Of a stretch of 64,000 bases of DNA, positions 27,794 to 36,496 are shown piece by piece. Source of the stretch: Escherichia virus TH15; the sequence record MT446392.1, one strand, 5' to 3'. The notes under the pieces were generated by a model. That model saw nothing but the letters and a program-made list of their open reading frames with translations. It did not search any database and was not told where the DNA came from. A program made the translations under genes and the position numbers. Position 1 is the stretch's first letter, and every line of letters begins with the position of its first letter.

Positions 27794-27986
27794 TATTCTT
27801 AAAAATGCTCACTGTGAAAAGTGTAAATGGCCAGTTGTTTTTGCTTTATGCAACGATGAAATGATATGTGATTTTGATTATTGGTGCTATTGTTCTAATA
27901 AAGGGTGTGTGAATCATGCAGGCGCCGGTTTCTATTCCGGGTTTCAACCGTATCCAGACTTTGTAAAACAAGGTGAACCGAAATGA
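27780..27986 (+). CDS. Cys-rich small protein (putative zinc-binding)
   Basis: 68 aa with CxxC ... CxxxxxxC ... CxC ... C pattern. Confidence 0.45.
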   Translation: MSQTSILKNAHCEKCKWPVVFALCNDEMICDFDYWCYCSNKGCVNHAGAGFYSGFQPYPDFVKQGEPK

Positions 27987-28168
27987 GTTTAAGTATTAGT
28001 CAGAAAAGTAGATTGTTTGAGCTTATCCATGAGCTTTTGGACGAGCATACGGAAGCGAACGCTTTTTATGATGAATACGGCCCGATAGATGCCGAACATC
28101 AGGAAGAATTTGCTAATCGGTTTGATGAGAAAGAAAACGAATTAATTGCTTATGTGAATACTCTTTAA
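27983..28168 (+). CDS. hypothetical acidic small protein
   Basis: 61-aa ORF, translationally coupled. Confidence 0.4.
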   Translation: MSLSISQKSRLFELIHELLDEHTEANAFYDEYGPIDAEHQEEFANRFDEKENELIAYVNTL

Positions 28169-28177
28169 GAAGGTGAT

Positions 28178-28750
28178 ATGGCGAGTTTAATTTATCATTA
28201 CGCAGCAATGAATGCAGGCAAAACAGCTTCATTGCTGACTGCAGCTTATTCCTATAAAGAGCGTGGAATGAGTGTGCTTTTGCTAAAACCTGTTATTGAT
28301 AATCGGGACTCGGAATCTGAAATTAAATCACGTATTGGTATTAGCCAGGAAGCAAACCTGGTAACGGCCGACATGAACCTGTTTGAATTCTATAAATGGG
28401 CCGAGTCTCAAAAGGATATCCATTGTGTCCTGGTTGATGAAGCTCAATTTTTGTTACCAGAGCAAATTGACCAGTTAGCACGAGTGGTTGATAATTACAA
28501 TATCCCCGTTATGTGTTACGGGTTAAGAACAGATTTTCGGGGTCAATTATTTCCCGGTTCAGCCAGACTTCTGGCTATTTCGGATAAACTGGTTGAATTA
28601 AAGGGCGTCTGCCATTGCGGCCGGAAAGCAACCATGACCGCTCGAGTAATCGACGGTGCTGCTGTAAAGGACGGCGAGCAAGTGTTAGTCGGTGGGAATG
28701 AATCGTACGTATCTTTATGCAGGAAACATTGGCTCGAATTGACAAGCTGA
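28178..28750 (+). CDS. tk: thymidine kinase
   Basis: 190 aa; P-loop NAGKTASL, VDEAQF and C-terminal CxCG...C zinc motif typical of type II thymidine kinase. Confidence 0.85.
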   Translation: MASLIYHYAAMNAGKTASLLTAAYSYKERGMSVLLLKPVIDNRDSESEIKSRIGISQEANLVTADMNLFEFYKWAESQKDIHCVLVDEAQFLLPEQIDQLARVVDNYNIPVMCYGLRTDFRGQLFPGSARLLAISDKLVELKGVCHCGRKATMTARVIDGAAVKDGEQVLVGGNESYVSLCRKHWLELTS

Positions 28751-28757
28751 GGTCCTT

Positions 28758-29033
28758 ATGATATATAAGATTTGGACGTATATCTCTATTTTTGTTATTG
28801 CTGGAATTGCATTTATCCCCACACAAACAGATAGCGAGAGATATGAAAGGGAAATTGAAATAGTAGCAAGCACGTACCATTCTGTTAATAAAGAATGCCC
28901 GAATAAAAATGGAATAAATTTACAAAAAGCACATTATATGCTGACTGTTACTAGCCCAGTGCAAAGAATATGGGTTGATAGACATTTTTCTGATTTATTT
29001 GCAATATATTGTTTCAAGTTTAAAAGATTATAA
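28758..29033 (+). CDS. small membrane protein
   Basis: 91 aa with N-terminal TM segment. Confidence 0.45.
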   Translation: MIYKIWTYISIFVIAGIAFIPTQTDSERYEREIEIVASTYHSVNKECPNKNGINLQKAHYMLTVTSPVQRIWVDRHFSDLFAIYCFKFKRL

Positions 29034-29107
29034 ATACAGTTACTAACTAGTATTCCGCTATGTTAAGGCTGCAAAGCGTAATCATGACCAACAATAAGGA
29101 GTCCTTT

Positions 29108-29404
29108 ATGGACCTTATTCGAGGACTTTCTCTAAGTCTATTACTAATGGGCTGTTTAGGCCCAAATCTGTCCTCTGCTACAGATGGTAAATTTACCCAG
29201 TATGCAGATAGTGCGATGCAAATCTATTCGCAATTCAAAGAACCCAGCGTCGAGCAGTCCGAACAATTTTGGGCTTTTATTAAAACCGAATGGAACAATA
29301 AGAGTCAATGTGTAAATGAAATCACATGTCAAATTGATGGCCGGGCTGCTGCAGTCGAATACGCTAAATTAATGAAGGTAAAATTGGAAGATGAAATTCG
29401 ATGA
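29108..29404 (+). CDS. putative lipoprotein
   Basis: Start at Met 17 of ORF 29060..29404 (strong SD aaggag); signal peptide with lipobox-like LLMGC. Confidence 0.45.
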   Translation: MDLIRGLSLSLLLMGCLGPNLSSATDGKFTQYADSAMQIYSQFKEPSVEQSEQFWAFIKTEWNNKSQCVNEITCQIDGRAAAVEYAKLMKVKLEDEIR

Positions 29405-29774
29405 TTTCGTAACAGGTCGTGGGTCTGAGGTGGATTCATACATTGGGTGGCTATTAACCTCTTTAGCATATTTTAAGTCCGCCCATCTTGAAACCAAAAG
29501 TTACGCCCGCCATAAAGCTTATGATTTCTACTTCACAGAAATCCAAGGTCCACTCGACCAGTTCAGTGAGCAATGGTTAGGTTACAGCGGGAAACAATAC
29601 AAAGCTGCATTACCGTCCGCCTCGGACTTGCCGAAAGATACAATTTTGTTTTTAGATGAAATGATTAAAAGCTCGGAAAGAGTCTATAAAGTTGTACCCA
29701 AGGCTATTCAATCGACTCTGGACGATATCGTTGGAGTTTTCTTTCAGACTAAGTATCTGTTAACACTAGAGTAA
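29391..29774 (+). CDS. hypothetical protein
   Basis: 127-aa ORF, translationally coupled. Confidence 0.45.
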   Translation: MKFDDFVTGRGSEVDSYIGWLLTSLAYFKSAHLETKSYARHKAYDFYFTEIQGPLDQFSEQWLGYSGKQYKAALPSASDLPKDTILFLDEMIKSSERVYKVVPKAIQSTLDDIVGVFFQTKYLLTLE

Positions 29775-29781
29775 TTCAAAA

Positions 29782-29807
29782 GGTCTGCCTTCGGGTGGAC
29801 CTTTTTT
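29782..29807 (+). terminator. rho-independent terminator (UUCG-loop hairpin)
   Basis: GGTCTGCC-TTCG-GGTGGACC followed by TTTTTT. Confidence 0.55.
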
Positions 29808-29816
29808 CATTTAGGG

Positions 29817-29852
29817 GTTTACATCCTCATAAAAAGGGTGTACTATTATCCC
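29817..29852 (+). promoter_or_regulatory. early promoter cassette: -35 GTTTAC, -10 TACTAT, TATCCC half-site
   Basis: 18-nt spacer; leader ATCAACTACTGAGGAG. Confidence 0.5.
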
Positions 29853-29874
29853 ATCAACTACTGAGGAGAACACA

Positions 29875-30078
29875 ATGAGAATTAAAAATATCAAGATTGA
29901 TGCAGTTAATACTGGTGATGAGGTTGTTATCTATCTTAATGATTATGCAATCTTTATGGACAGTGCCACTGATGAAGAAGTGGTTGAACTCTTACAGAAA
30001 GCTCCATTTGAACTGTGTGAAGAAGATGCTACTCATCTTTCATCAGCAATTTTCTCATTATCATATGTGGTGGAATAA
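29875..30078 (+). CDS. hypothetical small protein
   Basis: 67-aa ORF behind a promoter cassette. Confidence 0.45.
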   Translation: MRIKNIKIDAVNTGDEVVIYLNDYAIFMDSATDEEVVELLQKAPFELCEEDATHLSSAIFSLSYVVE

Positions 30079-30314
30079 TGAAACTTACAAATACCATGGT
30101 TTCATTGGAATATGAAACCAATAATCATATTCTTGAAATTAAGATATTTGATGACAGAAGCATATTTGCTGATTACAGGGGGTACAGAATCCGCTTGGAA
30201 AAGGAACAGCTTAAAGATGTTGAGCTTTTTAAAGAAACATTAAAAAGTTGCGGGTGTAAACTGAAAAATACTCAAGTCCAAGAATTAATTTCTACCATTA
30301 TCAAATACTGGTGA
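30078..30314 (+). CDS. hypothetical small protein
   Basis: 78-aa ORF, translationally coupled. Confidence 0.45.
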   Translation: MKLTNTMVSLEYETNNHILEIKIFDDRSIFADYRGYRIRLEKEQLKDVELFKETLKSCGCKLKNTQVQELISTIIKYW

Positions 30315-30317
30315 TAT

Positions 30318-30500
30318 ATGATTACTTTAGAACAAATTGAAAAAATTATTAAACTCGCTCGCGATATTGAAATTGACTCATATGAACTAGCTGTTGAACA
30401 TTGCGAAGGATATTCATATTCTGGGATAGAGCAGTGCAAACGTGATTTAAATGGTTCTAAAGAAAAATTAGTCGCTTATCTAAACGAGTTGAAAGCATAA
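30318..30500 (+). CDS. hypothetical small protein
   Basis: 60-aa ORF. Confidence 0.4.
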   Translation: MITLEQIEKIIKLARDIEIDSYELAVEHCEGYSYSGIEQCKRDLNGSKEKLVAYLNELKA

Positions 30501-30757
30501 TGGCTGTTGGATTTGCAAAAGATGGTGCTGAACAGTTAGAGATGGAAGCGGTTGTACAAGCCGCTATCACCCATGCGAGAGCACAGGTTTCAGTTGAAAG
30601 GGAGTCTGCTAAATTCTGTTTTGACTGCGATGAAAAAATTCCTGAAGCGCGGAGACAAGCGATTAAAGGTGTGATATATTGTGTTGGTTGCCAATCAATG
30701 CATGATAAAGTTTTTAAACGTGAGCCACGTAACTGTTGGCATAGGAGCATGAGATGA
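30500..30757 (+). CDS. TraR/DksA-family C4 zinc-finger protein
   Basis: 85 aa; CFDCDEKIPEARRQAIKGVIYCVGCQ matches the C4-type zinc finger of the TraR/DksA family. Confidence 0.5.
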   Translation: MAVGFAKDGAEQLEMEAVVQAAITHARAQVSVERESAKFCFDCDEKIPEARRQAIKGVIYCVGCQSMHDKVFKREPRNCWHRSMR

Positions 30758-30848
30758 TTTACTATCTTGAACCTTGGGCTTGGTTAATAATGGCTGTAGG
30801 GCCTGTTTTAATTGGTTTATTCTTTTCATGGTTAGCGAGGAAACTGTA

Positions 30849-31064
30849 ATGTTATACGACCCTAGTGGTAATTCTGAAAATGGTGTGATTGTTCTGGAGC
30901 CTGAGCATCCGACTGGTGATGTATACCGTACCGTTGAAGTGTGTGAATGTAATTTCGTTGAAGGAAATACCGGTGGGATTTCCATTGAGCAAGATGATGA
31001 TGTTATTTACCTGGATGCAAGCCAAGTAGAAGCTCTTTATAGTATTTTAAAACATAACCGTTAA
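30849..31064 (+). CDS. hypothetical small protein
   Basis: Start at Met 26 of ORF 30774..31064 (SD gaggaaa); a 31-aa hydrophobic peptide ORF lies just upstream. Confidence 0.4.
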   Translation: MLYDPSGNSENGVIVLEPEHPTGDVYRTVEVCECNFVEGNTGGISIEQDDDVIYLDASQVEALYSILKHNR

Positions 31065-31076
31065 GAGGAAATTAAA

Positions 31077-31631
31077 ATGATTATTGAAAAATCTGGGTTG
31101 TTTGGTGACCTGACTGCCGATGTAATTGATAATGCAATCGTGCTTAAACAAGAAGATGATACAGTCGTTTTGACCATTCAAGATATTCAGAACCTGTACG
31201 AGTTGTCTGTTATTGATGCAGAGCAGTATATTCGAACTCGTAATCGTGTCTTTAAAATTAACGATGAAGTTGTGGCTTGGTTGTATCGAGGTGAAAATGG
31301 CTTTAATCTGGAAACCGAATGGGCTTGTTTATCCATTAAAAACCGTTCAGAATTTTTAGAGAAAATTTTTAAACTCTTCCAAGAAGAGTGTGTACCTGAG
31401 CTCGAATGGAAAATCCCCGGTTGTGATGCTATTATACATTCAAGCGAAACCTTTGAAGGTGATGAAGAAGGTGATTATAATACTGAATTCAGTGTCTACC
31501 AATATCAAGGTCGCGATATGTTATCTATCATCCAGACCCACGGTGGTGAAGCTGAAGTAGTATTCACTAAAGACGAATTAAAAGTTCTGGTAAAATACCT
31601 GAACACTGTTATCCCAACTATGAACCCTTAA
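31077..31631 (+). CDS. hypothetical protein
   Basis: 184-aa ORF with SD gaggaaa. Confidence 0.5.
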   Translation: MIIEKSGLFGDLTADVIDNAIVLKQEDDTVVLTIQDIQNLYELSVIDAEQYIRTRNRVFKINDEVVAWLYRGENGFNLETEWACLSIKNRSEFLEKIFKLFQEECVPELEWKIPGCDAIIHSSETFEGDEEGDYNTEFSVYQYQGRDMLSIIQTHGGEAEVVFTKDELKVLVKYLNTVIPTMNP

Positions 31632-31641
31632 GGAAAATATT

Positions 31642-32094
31642 ATGATTATCAATACAAACTCTTGGCACGCTAAATTACACGACCGTTTTTATGACCGTCA
31701 TTCTCGACCACACTCTTTGTGTGCTTACTTCTGGAAAATTGTATGGGCCTGTTTTGTTTGTGCAGGTTTTATTGGCAGTACAGTCTTCTGCTTAACTGTT
31801 GCAGGTGCTGGTGTATTGGAGCAGTTCTTTGTATTAAGTATTCCGGTTGGTTTAGGGCTAGGGTTTATTTTAGGACTGGCTACAATGGCTATTATTCTGG
31901 CGGTAGTATTTGGTTTAATGTATGGTCTAATGAATTTATGGTCCTGGTATGATTTACGTAAAGAAGAAAAAGAATGGGAACGAATTAAAGCTGGGCGTGA
32001 AGGCCGAGAAACTAAAGAAAACGTTTTCATTCAATATATCAAAGCTCGTAAATCTAAGATGTGCCCGGTAATCCATTTTGAGGCGAAGAAATGA
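31642..32094 (+). CDS. membrane protein
   Basis: 150 aa; multiple hydrophobic segments. Confidence 0.5.
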   Translation: MIINTNSWHAKLHDRFYDRHSRPHSLCAYFWKIVWACFVCAGFIGSTVFCLTVAGAGVLEQFFVLSIPVGLGLGFILGLATMAIILAVVFGLMYGLMNLWSWYDLRKEEKEWERIKAGREGRETKENVFIQYIKARKSKMCPVIHFEAKK

Positions 32095-33101
32095 GAACAG
32101 TTATGAAGGGCTATTTTGGCTCACATCTTTATGGAACAAGTACTCCGGAATCTGATGTTGATTTTAAAGAAATCTTTGTTCCACACCCACGTGACATTCT
32201 GTTAGGTACGGCTATGAACCATACCAACTTGAACACGAATAATACGGCATCCAAAAACACTAAAGACGATGTTGACCACGAGCTTTATAGTCTGAAATAT
32301 TTCTTTAAACTGGCGGCTGAAGGCGAAACTGTTGCTCTGGACATGATTCACACTCCGGCTAACCTGGTAGTCAAATCCGATTTACCAGATGTATGGAAGT
32401 TTATCCAAGACAACCGTTCACGGTTCTATACGACCAACATGAAAGCATATTTGGGGTACGTCCGTAAGCAAGCTTCAAAATATGGTGTTAAAGGTTCTAG
32501 ACTGGCTGCTTTACGTGGTGTACTGGCAATTGTTAACCAGATTCCTGAACAGTGGGTTGACTACCAAGAAGATGGTTCGACTAAACAACGTCGCACTAAA
32601 GTTGAAGATATTAAGCATCGTCTCCCAGAGAACGAATTCTGTGAATGGGTATTCCATAACCATGAGAAAACTGGCCCTCAAACGTTTTATACTGTTCTCG
32701 GTCGCAAATACCAAACTACTTTGTCATTAATCGAGCTTAAGCAATCTCTGAATAAACTTGATGCTGAATATGGTGAACGTGCTCGTAAGGCTGAAGCTAA
32801 CGAAGGTATTGACTGGAAAGCTCTGAGCCACGCTTATCGTGCTGGATATCAGTTGAAGGAAATTTATATGACCGGTGACCTTCAATATCCTTTACGAACA
32901 GCCCCATTTATCCTTGAAATCAAACAAGGGCTACATGCTTTTAAAGATGTACAGGCTGAACTTGAAGCTATCGTTGATGAAGTCGAAACTAATGCCATCT
33001 GGGCTGCTAAGAACGGTATGCCCGATAAGGTAGACATGAAGTTCTGGGACAAGTTTGTTGAAGAGGTATATCTTGACAACCACAATTCCTATTATTGTTA
33101 A
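32091..33101 (+). CDS. nucleotidyltransferase (Pol-beta superfamily) domain protein
   Basis: 336 aa; N-terminal GSHLYGTSTPESDVDF is a clear G[GS]-x(9-13)-D-x-D NTase signature. Confidence 0.5.
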   Translation: MRTVMKGYFGSHLYGTSTPESDVDFKEIFVPHPRDILLGTAMNHTNLNTNNTASKNTKDDVDHELYSLKYFFKLAAEGETVALDMIHTPANLVVKSDLPDVWKFIQDNRSRFYTTNMKAYLGYVRKQASKYGVKGSRLAALRGVLAIVNQIPEQWVDYQEDGSTKQRRTKVEDIKHRLPENEFCEWVFHNHEKTGPQTFYTVLGRKYQTTLSLIELKQSLNKLDAEYGERARKAEANEGIDWKALSHAYRAGYQLKEIYMTGDLQYPLRTAPFILEIKQGLHAFKDVQAELEAIVDEVETNAIWAAKNGMPDKVDMKFWDKFVEEVYLDNHNSYYC

Positions 33102-33107
33102 ATTCTA

Positions 33108-33134
33108 AGGACCCTTCGGGGTCCTTTTTTATTT
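33108..33134 (+). terminator. rho-independent terminator (UUCG-loop hairpin)
   Basis: AGGACCC-TTCG-GGGTCCT followed by TTTTTT. Confidence 0.7.
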
Positions 33135-33143
33135 TAAAAAGTA

Positions 33144-33173
33144 GTGTACAACAAGATGGTCATGAGGCATAAT
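33144..33173 (+). promoter_or_regulatory. early promoter cassette: -35 GTGTAC, -10 CATAAT, ACTGAGTTACC leader
   Basis: 18-nt spacer; leader GATTCCATACTGAGTTACCAAATAAAAACGGGAG. Confidence 0.55.
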
Positions 33174-33213
33174 GATTCCATACTGAGTTACCAAATAAAA
33201 ACGGGAGAATAAA

Positions 33214-33420
33214 ATGTTAGAATTAATCAAAGCTGCTGGTGAAAAAGGTCTGATGGTTAACACTCGTGACCCTGAACAACGTCAAGCATTTGGTGAGTTA
33301 AAAGCCAAAGGTCTGGTTAAAGCATCCCTTGGTATTGGTAATGCTTTGCGTGTGACTTTGACCCCTGCAGGTAAAGCAATGTTCTTCCCTAAACCATTAC
33401 CAAAACGTCGTCGCAAGTGA
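33214..33420 (+). CDS. hypothetical basic small protein
   Basis: 68-aa ORF behind a promoter cassette. Confidence 0.45.
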   Translation: MLELIKAAGEKGLMVNTRDPEQRQAFGELKAKGLVKASLGIGNALRVTLTPAGKAMFFPKPLPKRRRK

Positions 33421-33426
33421 GGAATT

Positions 33427-33729
33427 ATGAAAAAGTATGAAATTGACATGATTGATGCATGTCTTAAATCTGCTGACCATTTTAAGTTGAAAATGCACAA
33501 GTTAAGAGGAATGGTCAAAACTCCAGAAGAGAAGAAACGTTATGCTCTGAAGGAGAAATGTAAAGCTCTTATCATGATGGATAAGATGCAAATGGTCGCC
33601 GCAGAAGCCCACAGGACAAGAAAAGCAGAGGCCCTTGGTGTTTATATGGCTGAACAGATTCATCGCGCACAGCAAGCCGTTAAGAGCGCCTGGTTCAGTG
33701 GCAGTGATGGTGAAAGAACTTTTAATTAA
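33427..33729 (+). CDS. hypothetical protein
   Basis: 100-aa ORF with SD. Confidence 0.45.
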   Translation: MKKYEIDMIDACLKSADHFKLKMHKLRGMVKTPEEKKRYALKEKCKALIMMDKMQMVAAEAHRTRKAEALGVYMAEQIHRAQQAVKSAWFSGSDGERTFN

Positions 33730-33731
33730 AT

Positions 33732-33761
33732 GTGTACACCAGTATGGGAGCGTGACATAAT
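33732..33761 (+). promoter_or_regulatory. early promoter cassette: -35 GTGTAC, -10 CATAAT, ACTGAGTTACC leader
   Basis: 18-nt spacer; same leader class as 33144. Confidence 0.55.
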
Positions 33762-33799
33762 GTTCCTATACTGAGTTACCAAACAAACGGGAGAATAAA

Positions 33800-34324
33800 A
33801 TGGAAGCCAAATCAATCTTTAATCTGATTAATTACAATAATGGTAATTTTAAATCAGAAGCACAAAGCAAGTTCTTTAATGATGTTGCTTGTGCAGGTGA
33901 GATTACAGTATCAGGCGGTCAAACTTATAAAAACGCCTGGAACTGGATTGTAAATGTTGATTCAGTTGGTATTGTTGATGTGTATAAAAACACCAACAAA
34001 AACCGCTCTTTGTTCTGGTCAAGAGAGACTAATGCTGAGTATCAGGCAACAAGAGCAAAGAAAAATATGCCTACTGAATCTGATGTACAGAACATCAAAT
34101 CAGATATCCAATATTATGATGGTCTGATTGCTGAACAACAAGCAGTGCTTGATAAGTTCAATGAAATCAAAGCATGTAAAGAGATTCCTGAATTCATGAG
34201 GGAATCAGTTAATGAACAATACAATCTCACTTCAGAGCGTATTGAAACCTATACCAAACAAAGAGCAGAGCGCCAGGTACTCCTTCAGAAGTTTGAAGAG
34301 CGTTTAAAGACGGTTCTCGCATAA
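33800..34324 (+). CDS. hypothetical protein
   Basis: 174-aa ORF with SD gggagaa. Confidence 0.5.
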   Translation: MEAKSIFNLINYNNGNFKSEAQSKFFNDVACAGEITVSGGQTYKNAWNWIVNVDSVGIVDVYKNTNKNRSLFWSRETNAEYQATRAKKNMPTESDVQNIKSDIQYYDGLIAEQQAVLDKFNEIKACKEIPEFMRESVNEQYNLTSERIETYTKQRAERQVLLQKFEERLKTVLA

Positions 34325-34387
34325 ACGCTTTATACCAAGGATGGTATAATGGTTCTGACCTTTGATTAATCTATTGAGGAAAATAAT

Positions 34388-34801
34388 ATGTCACAAGCAA
34401 TTAATGAAATTCGTTCTGAAGTTAAAAAAGCAGTTAAATTTAACAGTATTCCGAGCACTAAAGATGTGGTTTTAAATGTTTTATATATGATGTGGAATAA
34501 GTTCAATGTTTGTACTAATTCTGCTGAATTCACTAAAATCTTTAATAAAACAACGGGCTTGCTTACATTAGAAGACCGAGTCATGAAATCTCTTCATCGT
34601 TCAGGTATGTTGTCTCGTGCTAATGCCAAAATTTTACTTAAAAATTATAATAAAGGTTATGACCTTTATGGTCGTGCGATTAGCACCATGACATTTGATG
34701 AAGTGGTCAAAGACCTTCATACTAACCAACGCCGTTTATTGGCATTAGGTGCTCGTTTAGCAAGCGGTCAAGATAAACAAATGACCTTTAAAAACCAATA
34801 A
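34388..34801 (+). CDS. hypothetical protein
   Basis: 137-aa ORF with SD gaggaaa. Confidence 0.5.
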   Translation: MSQAINEIRSEVKKAVKFNSIPSTKDVVLNVLYMMWNKFNVCTNSAEFTKIFNKTTGLLTLEDRVMKSLHRSGMLSRANAKILLKNYNKGYDLYGRAISTMTFDEVVKDLHTNQRRLLALGARLASGQDKQMTFKNQ

Positions 34802-34910
34802 TTCTTTAGATTATAAACTATTTAATGTTATTAAAGGTCAAAATGAAGGCGAATACAGTATTTCTTCTTTTAGTGGATGTCAATACGAAAACTGGAAATT
34901 CCATCTTCGT

Positions 34911-35237
34911 TTGGCTTTGTCTGAACTCGAACATCATGGGGTTCTTACCTTCTATGATGTTAAAACTGGAGGCGTCCAGCGTATTAAACTATGTCAAATT
35001 AAAGACCGAGTTGTAGTTGATAGTCCTTCAGAACAAGCTCCTAAAATGGAACCTGTTCCAGTGCGAAGCAATGAAAAATATTCAGAGCAAATTGAGCTTT
35101 TCACTAAACAGATTGAAGAGCTTAACATCACCATCCAGCAGCAAGATGATGAAATTTTCCGTCTGTCAGGACTGAATAATGCAGCGAAAGCCGAACGTCA
35201 GAAACTGATGAACGTTATTAAATTGCTTAAGGATTAA
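34911..35237 (+). CDS. hypothetical coiled-coil protein (start uncertain, possible frameshift)
   Basis: Track ORF begins at TTG 34911; the frame is open from about 34785 without an ATG, while an overlapping frame carries ATGs at 34825 and 34843. Confidence 0.3.
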   Translation: MALSELEHHGVLTFYDVKTGGVQRIKLCQIKDRVVVDSPSEQAPKMEPVPVRSNEKYSEQIELFTKQIEELNITIQQQDDEIFRLSGLNNAAKAERQKLMNVIKLLKD

Positions 35238-35321
35238 TTATGGAATGGCTTGCTGTTCTTGGTTATGTATTCGTTGCCACAGGTATTCTGTGGCTGATAT
35301 TCTCAAATATTGTAGGTTAAT

Positions 35322-35537
35322 ATGGAAATTGTAGGTTTTATTCTCCTTTACTTTATGTTAGGATTCATGACGACCATTATCATTCATAAATCGGGTGATT
35401 GGAATCCAATCGAAATTGAATCAAGTTATGATGCAGTATTCATTACACTAGTATGGCCTCTGCTTTGGTTTGCTTTGGCAATTATGATGGTGTTTTGGCC
35501 TATTGCTAAATTCTATGAAAAATTATTTGGACTATGA
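35322..35537 (+). CDS. small membrane protein
   Basis: 71 aa, two hydrophobic segments. Confidence 0.5.
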   Translation: MEIVGFILLYFMLGFMTTIIIHKSGDWNPIEIESSYDAVFITLVWPLLWFALAIMMVFWPIAKFYEKLFGL

Positions 35538-35538
35538 T

Positions 35539-36438
35539 ATGAAAATTAAAACTCGCGCTGAATATGCTAGTAGTTATGAACCACATGACGGTCGTGTGAC
35601 TCGTCTTATCGCAATGAATTCTTTGGTTAACTTTGGCAAAATCAAATCAGGTTCTGCTACCCAGGGGTATGGTCAACGTATTGTAAGAATTAACTCTCTG
35701 AATGATTACTGCCGCCGCCCAGCGTTTTTGTTTGGTGCCACGGTTCGTAAGAGTATCAAGGAAATTCTGGCCGGCGGATTTCGTATTCGCAAAGCTCCGG
35801 TTAACATCAAGAACTATAATTTTAACTCTGACAACTTGATTATCAATATCAAGAATGATGGTGTACAGATTAAGTTCAAACCAACTACCAAGGGCGATGT
35901 TGCTCTTTGTCATAACTTTAAAGAGGTTATGGGTATTGCGCTGTTTTATATGCGCCATGCTGTTGAATCGTACACGTTTGATGAAGATACAAATTATATC
36001 CACCAAACGGAAAAATTCCTCAAAACTATAGTCATTGATATTAAATTAACTAAAGAATATCTTTTGTCTTATGCTCCTTATCAAGAGAAAAATGAACCAG
36101 AAGAGGAAAAGGAACCAGAAATGGAACGTATCCCTACCGCATCATATGGCCCAGCATTTGCAGGTCAGTTTAAATCTTACGACCAGACTAAAATTTCACC
36201 ACTGGAAGTTAAAAATATGTATCAATGGAAAATCCAGCCAAACAGCTCTCTTGAAATCTTTAACCCACCAATGAAGCCTATTGAGAGCTATCATGCTGAT
36301 GCTATCCGGGAATCAGTTAACCGCTTAAATGGTCTGATTGAAGATGAGAAAAAGGGTATCCAGGATGTTCTGAATCGCATCAAGAATATGGAAAAACAAC
36401 GCAATAAATTGCAAGCGGCAATCAAAGCATTAAAATAA
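35539..36438 (+). CDS. hypothetical protein
   Basis: Start at Met 13 of ORF 35503..36438, directly after the upstream stop. Confidence 0.5.
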   Translation: MKIKTRAEYASSYEPHDGRVTRLIAMNSLVNFGKIKSGSATQGYGQRIVRINSLNDYCRRPAFLFGATVRKSIKEILAGGFRIRKAPVNIKNYNFNSDNLIINIKNDGVQIKFKPTTKGDVALCHNFKEVMGIALFYMRHAVESYTFDEDTNYIHQTEKFLKTIVIDIKLTKEYLLSYAPYQEKNEPEEEKEPEMERIPTASYGPAFAGQFKSYDQTKISPLEVKNMYQWKIQPNSSLEIFNPPMKPIESYHADAIRESVNRLNGLIEDEKKGIQDVLNRIKNMEKQRNKLQAAIKALK

Positions 36439-36496
36439 TGTTTACTTCCAAGGATGGAGGGAGTATAATGAATTCCTACTTTATGAGGAGAACACT

